Source: a virus (taxonomy: Duplodnaviria > Caudoviricetes). Taken from it: DNA of 64,000 nt. The notes beneath the pieces were generated by a model. That model saw only the letters and a program-made list of their open reading frames with translations. It did not search any database and was not told the DNA's origin. Of this stretch, positions 26,369 through 35,547 are shown piece after piece; within the stretch, counting starts at the first letter, position 1; each line of letters begins with the position of its first letter. The position numbers and the translations under genes are program-made. Location: positions 2,549 to 66,548 of the IMG/VR virus record IMGVR_UViG_3300028886_003672. One strand, written 5' to 3'.

Positions 26369-27427
26369 CTATGATTTTGTTACTGTCTTAACTGTTGTAG
26401 GAAGTTCATGCTTCCAATCCATTCCGATCGGGATTGGTGGGATCCATTTTACAATGGGTTTTCTTTCTGGGAACTGAGCTTGCCGGGGACCAGTCCAATA
26501 TGTGTGCCAGTGCGCTGACCGTACATGAGGACGCGGGCTGGCGTGGGTACCAGGTTCTGCGCTCTCGTCACGCTGGTATCCGGTGCTTCCGTTCCTGTAT
26601 TTCCGGATCACATTCGAAATTCTAACCCCTACATCCCAGACTCTTGGCTCTCCAGGCGCTCTGACGCCGCCGGAGAGCGTTTTTCTTTTCTGTGGATGTT
26701 CTATTTCCGGCATGTCAGGTTCATCGCTGCATAGATAAAACAGTAGCTGTAGCATTGATGTGAATGTGGCCTTGTATTCGTCACGGCTGCCTACGTACCG
26801 AACATGAACATTCGGGTTACCAAACATGCTGTCCACACGATCGACGCGGTCCATAGCATCCAGGATGCCGCCCTCCCCAAAGGGAAGAGCGACTGTTTTC
26901 GGCATCTCTCGTCCTTCAAGGAACATGGCAAATTGCAGGTCAACGCCCCTGCTGAACAAGTTGTAGTCCAGATGCGCGATGAACCCATACATTGGATGCC
27001 GCTCATAACTGAGTCCGGGGGTTTCAATGTATACCGCCCATTCCGGCAAATGGTATAGGCACTCCATCGGCAGATCTCCCGTGAGCGGCTGGCTGATCAG
27101 TGCCTGGTATATTTCCGGCGCGAAGCGGTACACCCCTTTGCTGCAGCGCCAGATGTAAGTGCTGCCCAGTGTCATGATTTCATCCATATGGCTCATGTAG
27201 AAGATTTCTCCGTAACGGTCTGTCAACAGCATGAACGGGAAAAGCGTCGGCATGATGCACCAATCCGGCACTCCTTGCATGAACTCTTTTACGCGGGCTC
27301 CGGAACCTAATAGGTTATCGGGATCTGCATATTGCTTTCGCAAATCAGTCCATATGTTTGGATACTTCCGATTCATGGCGCGAATCCATTTGTCCGGCGG
27401 GTATTGAGATAATTCTTTCCTTGCCAT
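26369..27427 (-). CDS. AcrVA2/FinQ-family protein (anti-CRISPR homologue)
   Basis: WRCSKGVYRF, LPEWAVYI, LLFYLCSDEPD, VWDVGVR, SPRPHVRSAHWHTYWTG, KWIPP occur in the same order as the AcrVA2 motifs as I recall them. Confidence 0.75.
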   Translation of the reverse strand: MARKELSQYPPDKWIRAMNRKYPNIWTDLRKQYADPDNLLGSGARVKEFMQGVPDWCIMPTLFPFMLLTDRYGEIFYMSHMDEIMTLGSTYIWRCSKGVYRFAPEIYQALISQPLTGDLPMECLYHLPEWAVYIETPGLSYERHPMYGFIAHLDYNLFSRGVDLQFAMFLEGREMPKTVALPFGEGGILDAMDRVDRVDSMFGNPNVHVRYVGSRDEYKATFTSMLQLLFYLCSDEPDMPEIEHPQKRKTLSGGVRAPGEPRVWDVGVRISNVIRKYRNGSTGYQRDESAEPGTHASPRPHVRSAHWHTYWTGPRQAQFPERKPIVKWIPPIPIGMDWKHELPTTVKTVTKS

Positions 27428-27560
27428 AGGCTGCCCTCCTTTCGGTCAGACAGCATCTATCACTCTGAACCCAAATAAAATCAAGGGATTCCTGACTTGC
27501 GTTTACCCTCCAGGAGAGGTAACATCCGACAAACAAAAAAACGCGTCAGGAGGGATGCCT

Positions 27561-27806
27561 ATGAACCGGGAAGCAAAGATACTCAGGGAAAGAAGGAAAG
27601 AACTGGATATATCCCAACAGGCCCTGGCCACCGAAGTCGGTCTGGAGGTTCGTCAATACCAGCGCTTTGAATACGGGCAGCAGCTCATATCGCACGCAAA
27701 TATGAAACTGGGCCTTCGAATCTGTGCGGCACTGGAACTTGATCCCTTTGAACTGGTCTTTGAAGATGGCGTGGATGTGGCTATGCCCAGGAAACAAAAC
27801 AAATAA
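27561..27806 (+). CDS. XRE-family HTH regulator, divergent from the AcrVA2-like gene
   Basis: LRERRKELDISQQALATEVGLEVRQYQRFE. Confidence 0.85.
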   Translation: MNREAKILRERRKELDISQQALATEVGLEVRQYQRFEYGQQLISHANMKLGLRICAALELDPFELVFEDGVDVAMPRKQNK

Positions 27807-27997
27807 TCCCTATCTCCCTGCCGGTACAGCGCTGTTGTATCGGCAGGCTTTTTTTTGTTTATGCACAGAAAACTTTATTTTCCGATTACCTCATAGGTGT
27901 CGTTGCGAGGCCCGGAAATCTATGGCTTCATAGTAAAGCCTTCTCTCACTTTTACAGAGACGTACATGTTTGGGGAGGCAGAAAGGAGGTACGGCAC

Positions 27998-30160
27998 ATG
28001 AACGATGTGCAAAAAGCTGCTGAGGCGCGGGCAGCCAAGCAGAGCAAGCCGATCGGTTCCAGCTTCGAAACTGAACGCCAGCGGGAAAAGCGTGCGCTCT
28101 TCAAACAAATTGAGGGCAGCAACGGGGTGAATATCCATAAGATCGCGGCTACAGCTTCTGCCTCTGAGGCGGACGAAAACAAGCCCCTGCGGGTTGCAGC
28201 TTACTGCCGGGTGTCAACGGACGATCTGGATCAGGCTCTTTCCATTGCCATGCAGATCAAGGTGTACAAAGAAAAGATTAAAAGCACGCCCAACTGGACG
28301 TATGTTGGTACATACGTGGATGATGGTTTCTCCGGAACGAATACGGATCATCGGCAGGGCTTCCAGAAACTGATGAAAGACTGCATGGATGGAAAGATCG
28401 ATATGATCATCACCAAGGCAGTCTCCCGCTTTGCCCGAAACCTGCTGGACTGTATCAAATGGGTGGAAGCCCTGCAAAACCACGATCCGCCTGTTCGCGT
28501 TTTCTTTGAACAGGAGAACCTGGACACAATGTCACAGACCAGCGGAATTATCCTGTTTGTGCTGGCTATGGTTGCGGAAGAAGAAAGCCATATGAAGAGT
28601 GAGGCAATGCTGCTTTCTCTTGAATGGCGTTTCAGCAGAGGACGATTTCTGACACCTCGGCTTTTCGGCTTTGATAAGGTAGAGGTGCCGGATGGCTACG
28701 GTGGGCACAAAAAGATTCTTCAGATCAATGAATCTGAAGCGAACGTGGTCAGGTGGATGTATTCCGCACTGCTCTCAGGCATGACACCGGAAGAGATCGC
28801 GGGAATGCTTACTGATCTAGCTATCCCCACCGGCGGACGGAAGAAGGATGGATCGTTCAACACGCACTGGATAGATAATACAGTTATTTCGATTCTTCGA
28901 AATGAAAAGCACTGCGGTGATGTTCTTGCACGGAAAACGTACACAAAATCGTTCAAGGATCACAAGTCACGAAAGAATACCGGGCAGAAGAACAAATACT
29001 ACCAGGCAAACCATCACGATGCGATTGTCAGCAGAACAACATGGAATGCCGCGCAACGTATCCTGAACAGCCGACGGTATGGGCATGAAGGTACATATCT
29101 TCCGATGCGAATTATCGATACTGGTTCACTGACAGGGTTCATTTCTATGAACCGCTCATGGGCTGGCTTTGATGCAGAGGATTATTACCGGGTCAGTCAA
29201 ATTGCAATGGGCCTTATGGATGGAGAATTGAAAGCAGACCTGGAGCATGAATTTCTTCCAGAGAGTGGCCACAGAATAGGCGGTCTCATGGATGATCATG
29301 GAATCGCACAGATTGCCCGTGACCTGACCGCAGCAGAACAGGAGATGAAAAACGAATTGGAAGGCAAAAAGCGTGATGCAGAAAACGAAACCGAAAAGGA
29401 AGAGATTGTGAAAACCTTTCAGGTTGTTAGCGGCAATATGTTCTCTAAGGTCTATGAGCCGGTTGTCCGGATCACAATGTCGTCCATCACATTCAATAGA
29501 GCTTGTGTTAGCAAGATGCTGTGCAACTATGCCGAACTGCTTTTTAACCCAGTAGAACGGATGTTAGTAGTACGTCCCTGCACGGTAGATAATCCAAATG
29601 CGATTCCGTGGGATTCAAACAGCCGGGGTGCCAGTTCATTAAGCAAGGTGCTTTTCGCCACCATGGGCTGGGAGGAAGATTACTCATATCGTATCCCATG
29701 CCAGCCATTGGAAGGGCCAAATGAAGAAGTGGTGCTATTCTTCGATCTGGACAACTATGTAGGCCGTGCTATCAACAAAGCTGAAGAAGTTATTATTGCC
29801 CGAAAGCAGGTAGAGATGGAAACAGACAATACCGGCAAGAGTTATTTCTACCCGCCGGAGGACGATGAGGAACCGCAGGAAATCAAAGATATGGAGGAAA
29901 AGTTCCAGAAAGCGGTGGAGGTAAACAAGAGAATCTTTGGGATACCAGCCTTTGAGCACGAATCCAATGTCCGAGGCTTTTCACAGGGAGATACCTGGGA
30001 CATGATGATCCCGGCCCGGCCACTGGACATCACGCATACGGTGGAAAGTGCTACTGTAGAGGATCTCTTTGATCAGATCCTGAACGATCCGCCAAAGATC
30101 CCGATAAAGAAAGACAGCTCCGTACTGAAAGCCAAAGTAGTATCTGATAGCAGCCGATGA
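27998..30160 (+). CDS. large serine recombinase with a long C-terminal extension
   Basis: RVAAYCRVST catalytic motif, YVDDGFSGT, ITKAVSRFARN, LRNEKHCGD. Confidence 0.9.
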   Translation: MNDVQKAAEARAAKQSKPIGSSFETERQREKRALFKQIEGSNGVNIHKIAATASASEADENKPLRVAAYCRVSTDDLDQALSIAMQIKVYKEKIKSTPNWTYVGTYVDDGFSGTNTDHRQGFQKLMKDCMDGKIDMIITKAVSRFARNLLDCIKWVEALQNHDPPVRVFFEQENLDTMSQTSGIILFVLAMVAEEESHMKSEAMLLSLEWRFSRGRFLTPRLFGFDKVEVPDGYGGHKKILQINESEANVVRWMYSALLSGMTPEEIAGMLTDLAIPTGGRKKDGSFNTHWIDNTVISILRNEKHCGDVLARKTYTKSFKDHKSRKNTGQKNKYYQANHHDAIVSRTTWNAAQRILNSRRYGHEGTYLPMRIIDTGSLTGFISMNRSWAGFDAEDYYRVSQIAMGLMDGELKADLEHEFLPESGHRIGGLMDDHGIAQIARDLTAAEQEMKNELEGKKRDAENETEKEEIVKTFQVVSGNMFSKVYEPVVRITMSSITFNRACVSKMLCNYAELLFNPVERMLVVRPCTVDNPNAIPWDSNSRGASSLSKVLFATMGWEEDYSYRIPCQPLEGPNEEVVLFFDLDNYVGRAINKAEEVIIARKQVEMETDNTGKSYFYPPEDDEEPQEIKDMEEKFQKAVEVNKRIFGIPAFEHESNVRGFSQGDTWDMMIPARPLDITHTVESATVEDLFDQILNDPPKIPIKKDSSVLKAKVVSDSSR

Positions 30161-30203
30161 TCTCAGTGGTCATCGGACACTGTTTTTTTCAGGAGGTGTG
30201 AAG

Positions 30204-30962
30204 ATGTACATATCAAAGAATCCGGCGAAGACAAGACCGCTCTCCGCTAATGTGAAACGGCTGATGCGTCTTTCCCGCGCTGCACCGAGAAACTCAGAAG
30301 TGACCCGGGAAACAAGACATTTCACTACGAAGGATCTTGCCTGCTGCGCGAAACAAGGAGAGCTGTTCATGGAAGCAGCATCCATGGGGTTTTCCATGGA
30401 GGAATTCGCACCGCTGTTTATGACAAGCCAAATGGCCGGTGTATTCGACGCCAGCTTCTCCAGTTCGGCAGTTATGGAAAATGAGAATCTATCCAATTTT
30501 TTACAGATTCCGGTTTTGCTGAAAAGTCCTGAACTGATTGTGGAATCACTGTACTGGATTGACGATATCATTTCCCGAGCCCAGGAAGGTGACAACAAAA
30601 GCCTGTTGATCACAGAAGCATATCGGGCAGAAAAGTTGAAATTGCCTCAGGCATTGGCAGAGCTTCCTGCTGAACAGAATCGGAATATTGCGGATCTGTC
30701 CTATGCCTATTGGCTTGGCTTCATTTATCGCTGCGAGTGCCTGCTGCATGAGGAATCCAGCCGGATGGTATATGGGGCTTTCACAGAGAAGATCATGCGA
30801 GCTGCTTACGACCGCCTGATGGCCAGCCCTCTTGCAGATGAAAACCTTGTGGACATTGCGGAAAATATCTGCTCCGACCTGGACAGACTCCTGGTAGAGA
30901 AGATCTGGCCAGCTGAAGAAAAACAGCAACAGCAGCGGCAGGCTGCAGAACTGAAACGGTAA
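30204..30962 (+). CDS. hypothetical protein in the recombinase operon
   Basis: ORF with AGGAGG RBS; no recognised family. Confidence 0.7.
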   Translation: MYISKNPAKTRPLSANVKRLMRLSRAAPRNSEVTRETRHFTTKDLACCAKQGELFMEAASMGFSMEEFAPLFMTSQMAGVFDASFSSSAVMENENLSNFLQIPVLLKSPELIVESLYWIDDIISRAQEGDNKSLLITEAYRAEKLKLPQALAELPAEQNRNIADLSYAYWLGFIYRCECLLHEESSRMVYGAFTEKIMRAAYDRLMASPLADENLVDIAENICSDLDRLLVEKIWPAEEKQQQQRQAAELKR

Positions 30963-31008
30963 AACGCGCATCAGTGGTCCAATGCGCTGAAAAAGGAGGA
31001 ATTAAAAA

Positions 31009-31800
31009 ATGGATCAGCAGTGGAACCAGCCTGGCTATCGTCCCGGCAACAACTACTTCGGCCCTAATGGTCAAGGGGCAGTACCAGGGAAAGTCGGGGG
31101 CTATCAGCGTCCGTATTCGGCACAGCAACCACCCCCTGTGAGCCCTGCTCAGCCACGACTTACCCGGGAAGAACAGATGGAAGCAAAGCGTCTGGCAGAG
31201 CAGGCAAAGTTTACTTTCGACGGATATCAGGTTGTACGCAGGGAGTTCATTTCCCACAATTTTGACCCTGCCATGACAATCAAGGGCAACAGCATCACGT
31301 TCAACAATTCCTGTATCAGCAAACTGGAAAACGCCACCTATGTGCAGTTCCTGATCAATCCGGAAGAGCAGCGTCTGCTGATTCGCCCCTGTGACGAAGG
31401 TGCCCGGGATGCGGTTCGGTGGTGTATTGTCCGGGAGGATAAGCGGAAGAGCCGCCAGATCACCTGTACCATCTTCATTGAAAAACTGAGGGAAATGATG
31501 GGCTGGGATGATCTGTATCGTTATCGCCTGCAGGGTATGCGAATCGACCATGACGGAGAACAACTGTACCTGTTTGACCTGAATTCCAAGGAATGCTTCC
31601 TGCCACAGAGCCGCGACCCGGAAACGGGAAAGCTCCGCAGGCCACGACCAATTCTCCCTGTTGAATGGCGCGATTCCTTTGGTATGGATGTCAGAGAACA
31701 TGCTGCGTCCACACAGGTGGATCTTACACAAGGATATATCCCCACTGAAGTGATCACCGAAGAAGACAATGCACCTTTGATTACTGCGCAAATTGAATAA
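31009..31800 (+). CDS. hypothetical protein paralogous to the C-terminal domain of the upstream recombinase
   Basis: YQVVRREFIS...SITFNNSC...FLINPEEQRLLIRPC...LFDL. Confidence 0.75.
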   Translation: MDQQWNQPGYRPGNNYFGPNGQGAVPGKVGGYQRPYSAQQPPPVSPAQPRLTREEQMEAKRLAEQAKFTFDGYQVVRREFISHNFDPAMTIKGNSITFNNSCISKLENATYVQFLINPEEQRLLIRPCDEGARDAVRWCIVREDKRKSRQITCTIFIEKLREMMGWDDLYRYRLQGMRIDHDGEQLYLFDLNSKECFLPQSRDPETGKLRRPRPILPVEWRDSFGMDVREHAASTQVDLTQGYIPTEVITEEDNAPLITAQIE

Positions 31801-31814
31801 TGGAGGCGAAAGCG

Positions 31815-32162
31815 ATGAATTCTCTCCTTCTTACACTGAACCTGCAGGAGGATACCATCCTGCTGAACCAAGGTGTTCTGGATGTATTGGGCCACCCCCG
31901 GCAGGTACAGATTCTGATAAATGAAGAAATCGGTTCTCTGCTCTTGCGGGCATGCACGATAGACGACCTTCAGGCAGTTGTTGTCCCGGAAGAACATGTT
32001 ATGCAGTTTGAAATCGGCGGGAGATCCCTGCTGAAAAAAATCCGGCGCATCACCGGATGGGTCAATGACGAACCGCGTATATGCAACGGTGAATATCTCC
32101 CGATGCATCAGGCGATCCGCTTTGACCTGATGAGTGCTGCGCCAACAGTCATTCCCAGCTAA
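31815..32162 (+). CDS. small protein carrying a third, diverged copy of the same domain
   Basis: TILLNQGV...QILINEE..LLLRAC...IRFDL. Confidence 0.65.
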   Translation: MNSLLLTLNLQEDTILLNQGVLDVLGHPRQVQILINEEIGSLLLRACTIDDLQAVVVPEEHVMQFEIGGRSLLKKIRRITGWVNDEPRICNGEYLPMHQAIRFDLMSAAPTVIPS

Positions 32163-32180
32163 GACGAGAGGAGGATACGG

Positions 32181-34355
32181 ATGAATCGGGAACGATTATT
32201 TAAGCATCTGGAAGACCATTACATTCCAAAAAGAGAAATGATCAGCCGGATCCCCCTGGGAGTACAGCCCGATGAATTCTGGCAGGATGTACAGAACCGT
32301 AGGCGGGCCAGAAGCATCAGCCTGCAGCTCCATAATCCCAGGGGAATACCTTACTGGTACGTTGTTACAAACAAGATGATCGCGGCCAGCGAACGGATAG
32401 TTGACGAAATGATGGCCAACGAAACTGAATTTGATCCCTACAGGGACACACCGTCTGCTTCTTCATTGGAGGAGAGCTTCTTCACCAGCTATGTGGAAGG
32501 TTCGCAGATCACTATGCAGGATGCGATGGCATTCTTGCAGGGAGACCGGGAGCCACAGGAACCTGAGGAACAGATGATACTGAACAACCGGAATGCGCTA
32601 AGTTTTGCCGGAGCCAACCTTTTCAGGCCGGTGGATGAAGAGTACATCAAAACGCTGGCATACATTCTGACAGAAAACATTGATGGCGGCGGGCAAGAAT
32701 ACAGGATGTCTGATTATCTGGAGATCCCCTCCATGGTTGGACTTCCGTATGAGCTTCCCACAGCACTTACTCTTCCGGACAGGGTGCAGGAAATCTGTAC
32801 GTTGCTGCACGATCCGGGTATTCATCCGCTGATCAAATCCGGTCTTGCACAGGCTTGGGTGTTAGTGACGCGCCCTTTCCCTGAAGGAAATGAGCGACTG
32901 GGCAGACTGCTTTCACAAGTAATCCTTTTCCGGGCAGGATACGTTTTCTTTTCGGAAGTCAGTCTATCCAACCTGATCGCCCGGTCCAGCTTTGCGTACT
33001 TCAACTCCATCGCCAACATCCTGCTCCCGGAAAACGGTGCGGATCTGACGTACTTCTTGGAATACTATATGGCACTGCTGGACCGGGCGGTAGCGGAACG
33101 GCATCTACGATTGACACAGTGGACGGAAGAAGAGCAAATCGCGGAACGTGAGATGGCGCAGCAACCTCTTGTCCAACAGCAGGTGCAGATGCAGATTGAT
33201 ACGTCCCAATTTGATGAGCCGCCATTTGAACCTGATGAACAGGGGGAATCGAAGCAGAGTAAAGGGGGTGATCAAACAACAACAATAGATAAAATCTTAA
33301 TACGGAACAATATCGATATGCTGCTGAACAGCACCAGTGTTCGTCAGCGTGAATGTAGGGATTTGCTTTTACGGTACCTGGACGAGGGGAAAGCCACTTT
33401 TACTACCAGGGATTTCATGAGCGATATGCAGATGAGCGAAATGACAGCCAGCAATATGGTAGGAACACTTCGCATAAAGGGCATCATTGAAACTGTAGGG
33501 AAAGATGAAAGGAACGCAATCTATGGCTTCAGTACAGGAAAGCCGCCAGTGAAAGTTAAACGGCAGCCTCCTTCGATTGACCCTCAATGCTTCCGAACAT
33601 TACTTGAAGAAATGTGCAGTCCCAATACCCAGCAAGGTAAGGTTTCTACTGTTTTGCTGGGGTTATGGGACGATGGCATTCAAACATTCCCTTACCGTCT
33701 TCTTCAGCAAAAGACAGGCATATCAGGTGATTCATTTCATAAGGTATGCTACATACTCAAGGAAAGAGGCTTTATCCGCCCGGTAGAATCTGATGATGGC
33801 GTTAAACATTATTCCTTTACAGTAAAAAATGACGAAAAGGCCCGGATGAAGGAAGCAAAGCGCATTGAATATACACATGAACTGATTGAAGCCATTCAAT
33901 CGCTGGCACATTCCAGTAGTTCGCCGAAGGATCGGAGAATTGGGGAAGTGCTTACCTATTGCTTATCTGAAGGCGTTGTCAGAAGAAGCGTATACAACCA
34001 GTTTGGCAAGCCTGAAAGATGGAGTTACGACATGGGGTTGGCTGCCCGAATGGGGCTTGTCGAGAAAGAAGACAACCAGACCTATCGTATCCTTCAGAAC
34101 ATTAAGCCTGGGCCAGGTGAACTTTTGCCCGCACAAAAGGAAATGGCAACAACGCTATACCAGTCATTCGGGGAAGAATTCTTCTCCTCGGAAATGGTAA
34201 TAGCGACGCTCGATTATTCCTCTGCGCACGTATGTGCGGCGCTTCATCAGTTCACACTGCTGAAAATCCTCCATTGCAGCAAGGAAAACAATAACACATA
34301 CCAATTCATTGTTAACCCGACAGAAAACCCGGAATGCTTCGTAGAGGTCGCATGA
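32181..34355 (+). CDS. Fic-domain protein with degenerate active site and C-terminal winged-helix-like repeats
   Basis: TRPFPEGNERLGR versus canonical HPFxDGNGRxxR; LTYFLEY. Confidence 0.75.
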   Translation: MNRERLFKHLEDHYIPKREMISRIPLGVQPDEFWQDVQNRRRARSISLQLHNPRGIPYWYVVTNKMIAASERIVDEMMANETEFDPYRDTPSASSLEESFFTSYVEGSQITMQDAMAFLQGDREPQEPEEQMILNNRNALSFAGANLFRPVDEEYIKTLAYILTENIDGGGQEYRMSDYLEIPSMVGLPYELPTALTLPDRVQEICTLLHDPGIHPLIKSGLAQAWVLVTRPFPEGNERLGRLLSQVILFRAGYVFFSEVSLSNLIARSSFAYFNSIANILLPENGADLTYFLEYYMALLDRAVAERHLRLTQWTEEEQIAEREMAQQPLVQQQVQMQIDTSQFDEPPFEPDEQGESKQSKGGDQTTTIDKILIRNNIDMLLNSTSVRQRECRDLLLRYLDEGKATFTTRDFMSDMQMSEMTASNMVGTLRIKGIIETVGKDERNAIYGFSTGKPPVKVKRQPPSIDPQCFRTLLEEMCSPNTQQGKVSTVLLGLWDDGIQTFPYRLLQQKTGISGDSFHKVCYILKERGFIRPVESDDGVKHYSFTVKNDEKARMKEAKRIEYTHELIEAIQSLAHSSSSPKDRRIGEVLTYCLSEGVVRRSVYNQFGKPERWSYDMGLAARMGLVEKEDNQTYRILQNIKPGPGELLPAQKEMATTLYQSFGEEFFSSEMVIATLDYSSAHVCAALHQFTLLKILHCSKENNNTYQFIVNPTENPECFVEVA

Positions 34356-34381
34356 CAATGAAAAAGAAAGAAGAAAAATGA

Positions 34382-34747
34382 ATGAGTACGAGTCGAAAAA
34401 AAGGCCCATCTTACATTAAATTAATTCTGAGCGCGAAGCCAGAAAATGAATGGGTAACTGATCCTGACATCATAAAAAATGCACCAATGGTCGTCCCGGA
34501 AGCTGATCGTGAGGACATTCTCCGGGGGGCACCAACCGCGTATATCAGTATTGATGAAAATGGAGAAAAAAGCTTTGAATATTGTTTCAACAAAGTGAAT
34601 TTTGGATTGACGGAGTTCCAAAGAGAGCAGTTTGCTAGAGGTATTTTACATGCATTCCTGGAATTTCGCAAAGATCCTGAGAACATGCGGAAGCTCGAAG
34701 AAAAGATGAAGGAGAAGAAGGATTGCAAAGAGGGAGAAAATCCGTAA
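34382..34747 (+). CDS. hypothetical protein
   Basis: 121-aa ORF between flanking genes. Confidence 0.55.
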   Translation: MSTSRKKGPSYIKLILSAKPENEWVTDPDIIKNAPMVVPEADREDILRGAPTAYISIDENGEKSFEYCFNKVNFGLTEFQREQFARGILHAFLEFRKDPENMRKLEEKMKEKKDCKEGENP

Positions 34748-34897
34748 AGATGTACCTGTCTGCGACTGTGCACAGAGCCGGTAGAAACAACATGGTCCAA
34801 TAAAGAACCTAGCATAAGTTTTTCATTTTCGATTTATAAAAACACTTGTTATTTGGGCGTAGATAGTCAAACGATCTAACGATTGGAGGACTATCTG

Positions 34898-35308
34898 ATG
34901 ACTTCTCAGGAAAAACTGAATATCAATCGACTTCGAAGTCAGGGAATGGGCTATAAGAGAATAGCCAAGACGCTCAAGTTACCAGAAAACACAGTCAAGT
35001 CATACTTCAAACGGAATCCTTTAGTTATGCCCGCCACGCCAGAATCCGGTGATGGCGGGCATTTTTGTTTGAACTGTGGTGTGCCTGTCTCACAAACGCC
35101 GGGTCGGAAAGAGAAGAAATTCTGCTCTGATGTTTGCCGGAATAAATGGTGGAACAGCCATATGGATCTGGTGAAGCGGAAGAGTTCCCGTAGCTTTACA
35201 TGCCCAGTTTGCGGTACAGAGGTTGCCACTTATGGAACGGCAGGAAAGAAATACTGCTCCCATGCCTGTTACATCCGAGGACGGTTTGGGGGTGCGGAAT
35301 GCGTATGA
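34898..35308 (+). CDS. HTH plus Cys-rich zinc-finger protein
   Basis: GMGYKRIAKTLKLPENTVKSY; CLNC, CSDVC, CPVC, CSHAC. Confidence 0.8.
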   Translation: MTSQEKLNINRLRSQGMGYKRIAKTLKLPENTVKSYFKRNPLVMPATPESGDGGHFCLNCGVPVSQTPGRKEKKFCSDVCRNKWWNSHMDLVKRKSSRSFTCPVCGTEVATYGTAGKKYCSHACYIRGRFGGAECV

Positions 35309-35547
35309 GCAATCAGGAGTTCCGCAATGAATACCTGTTTAGCGTCACTATGGGGCATGTCGGGAGAATGCTTGATAGAGGCCTGATTACAGAGGAAGAA
35401 TACCAGAAGGTCAATTGCCAGATGAAGGAAAAATACAACCCCGTTTCAGACGGATTAATCTCGGAATCCGACTTGCAAACACGAAAAAACAGAGCAATCA
35501 TGGGATCTGGAAAGGAGGCTGGAAGCCTTGAAAATAAAGAGGATTGA
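35299..35547 (+). CDS. SHOCT-domain protein
   Basis: MLDRGLITEEEYQK; typical position before recombinases in clostridial prophages. Confidence 0.75.
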   Translation: MRMSNQEFRNEYLFSVTMGHVGRMLDRGLITEEEYQKVNCQMKEKYNPVSDGLISESDLQTRKNRAIMGSGKEAGSLENKED

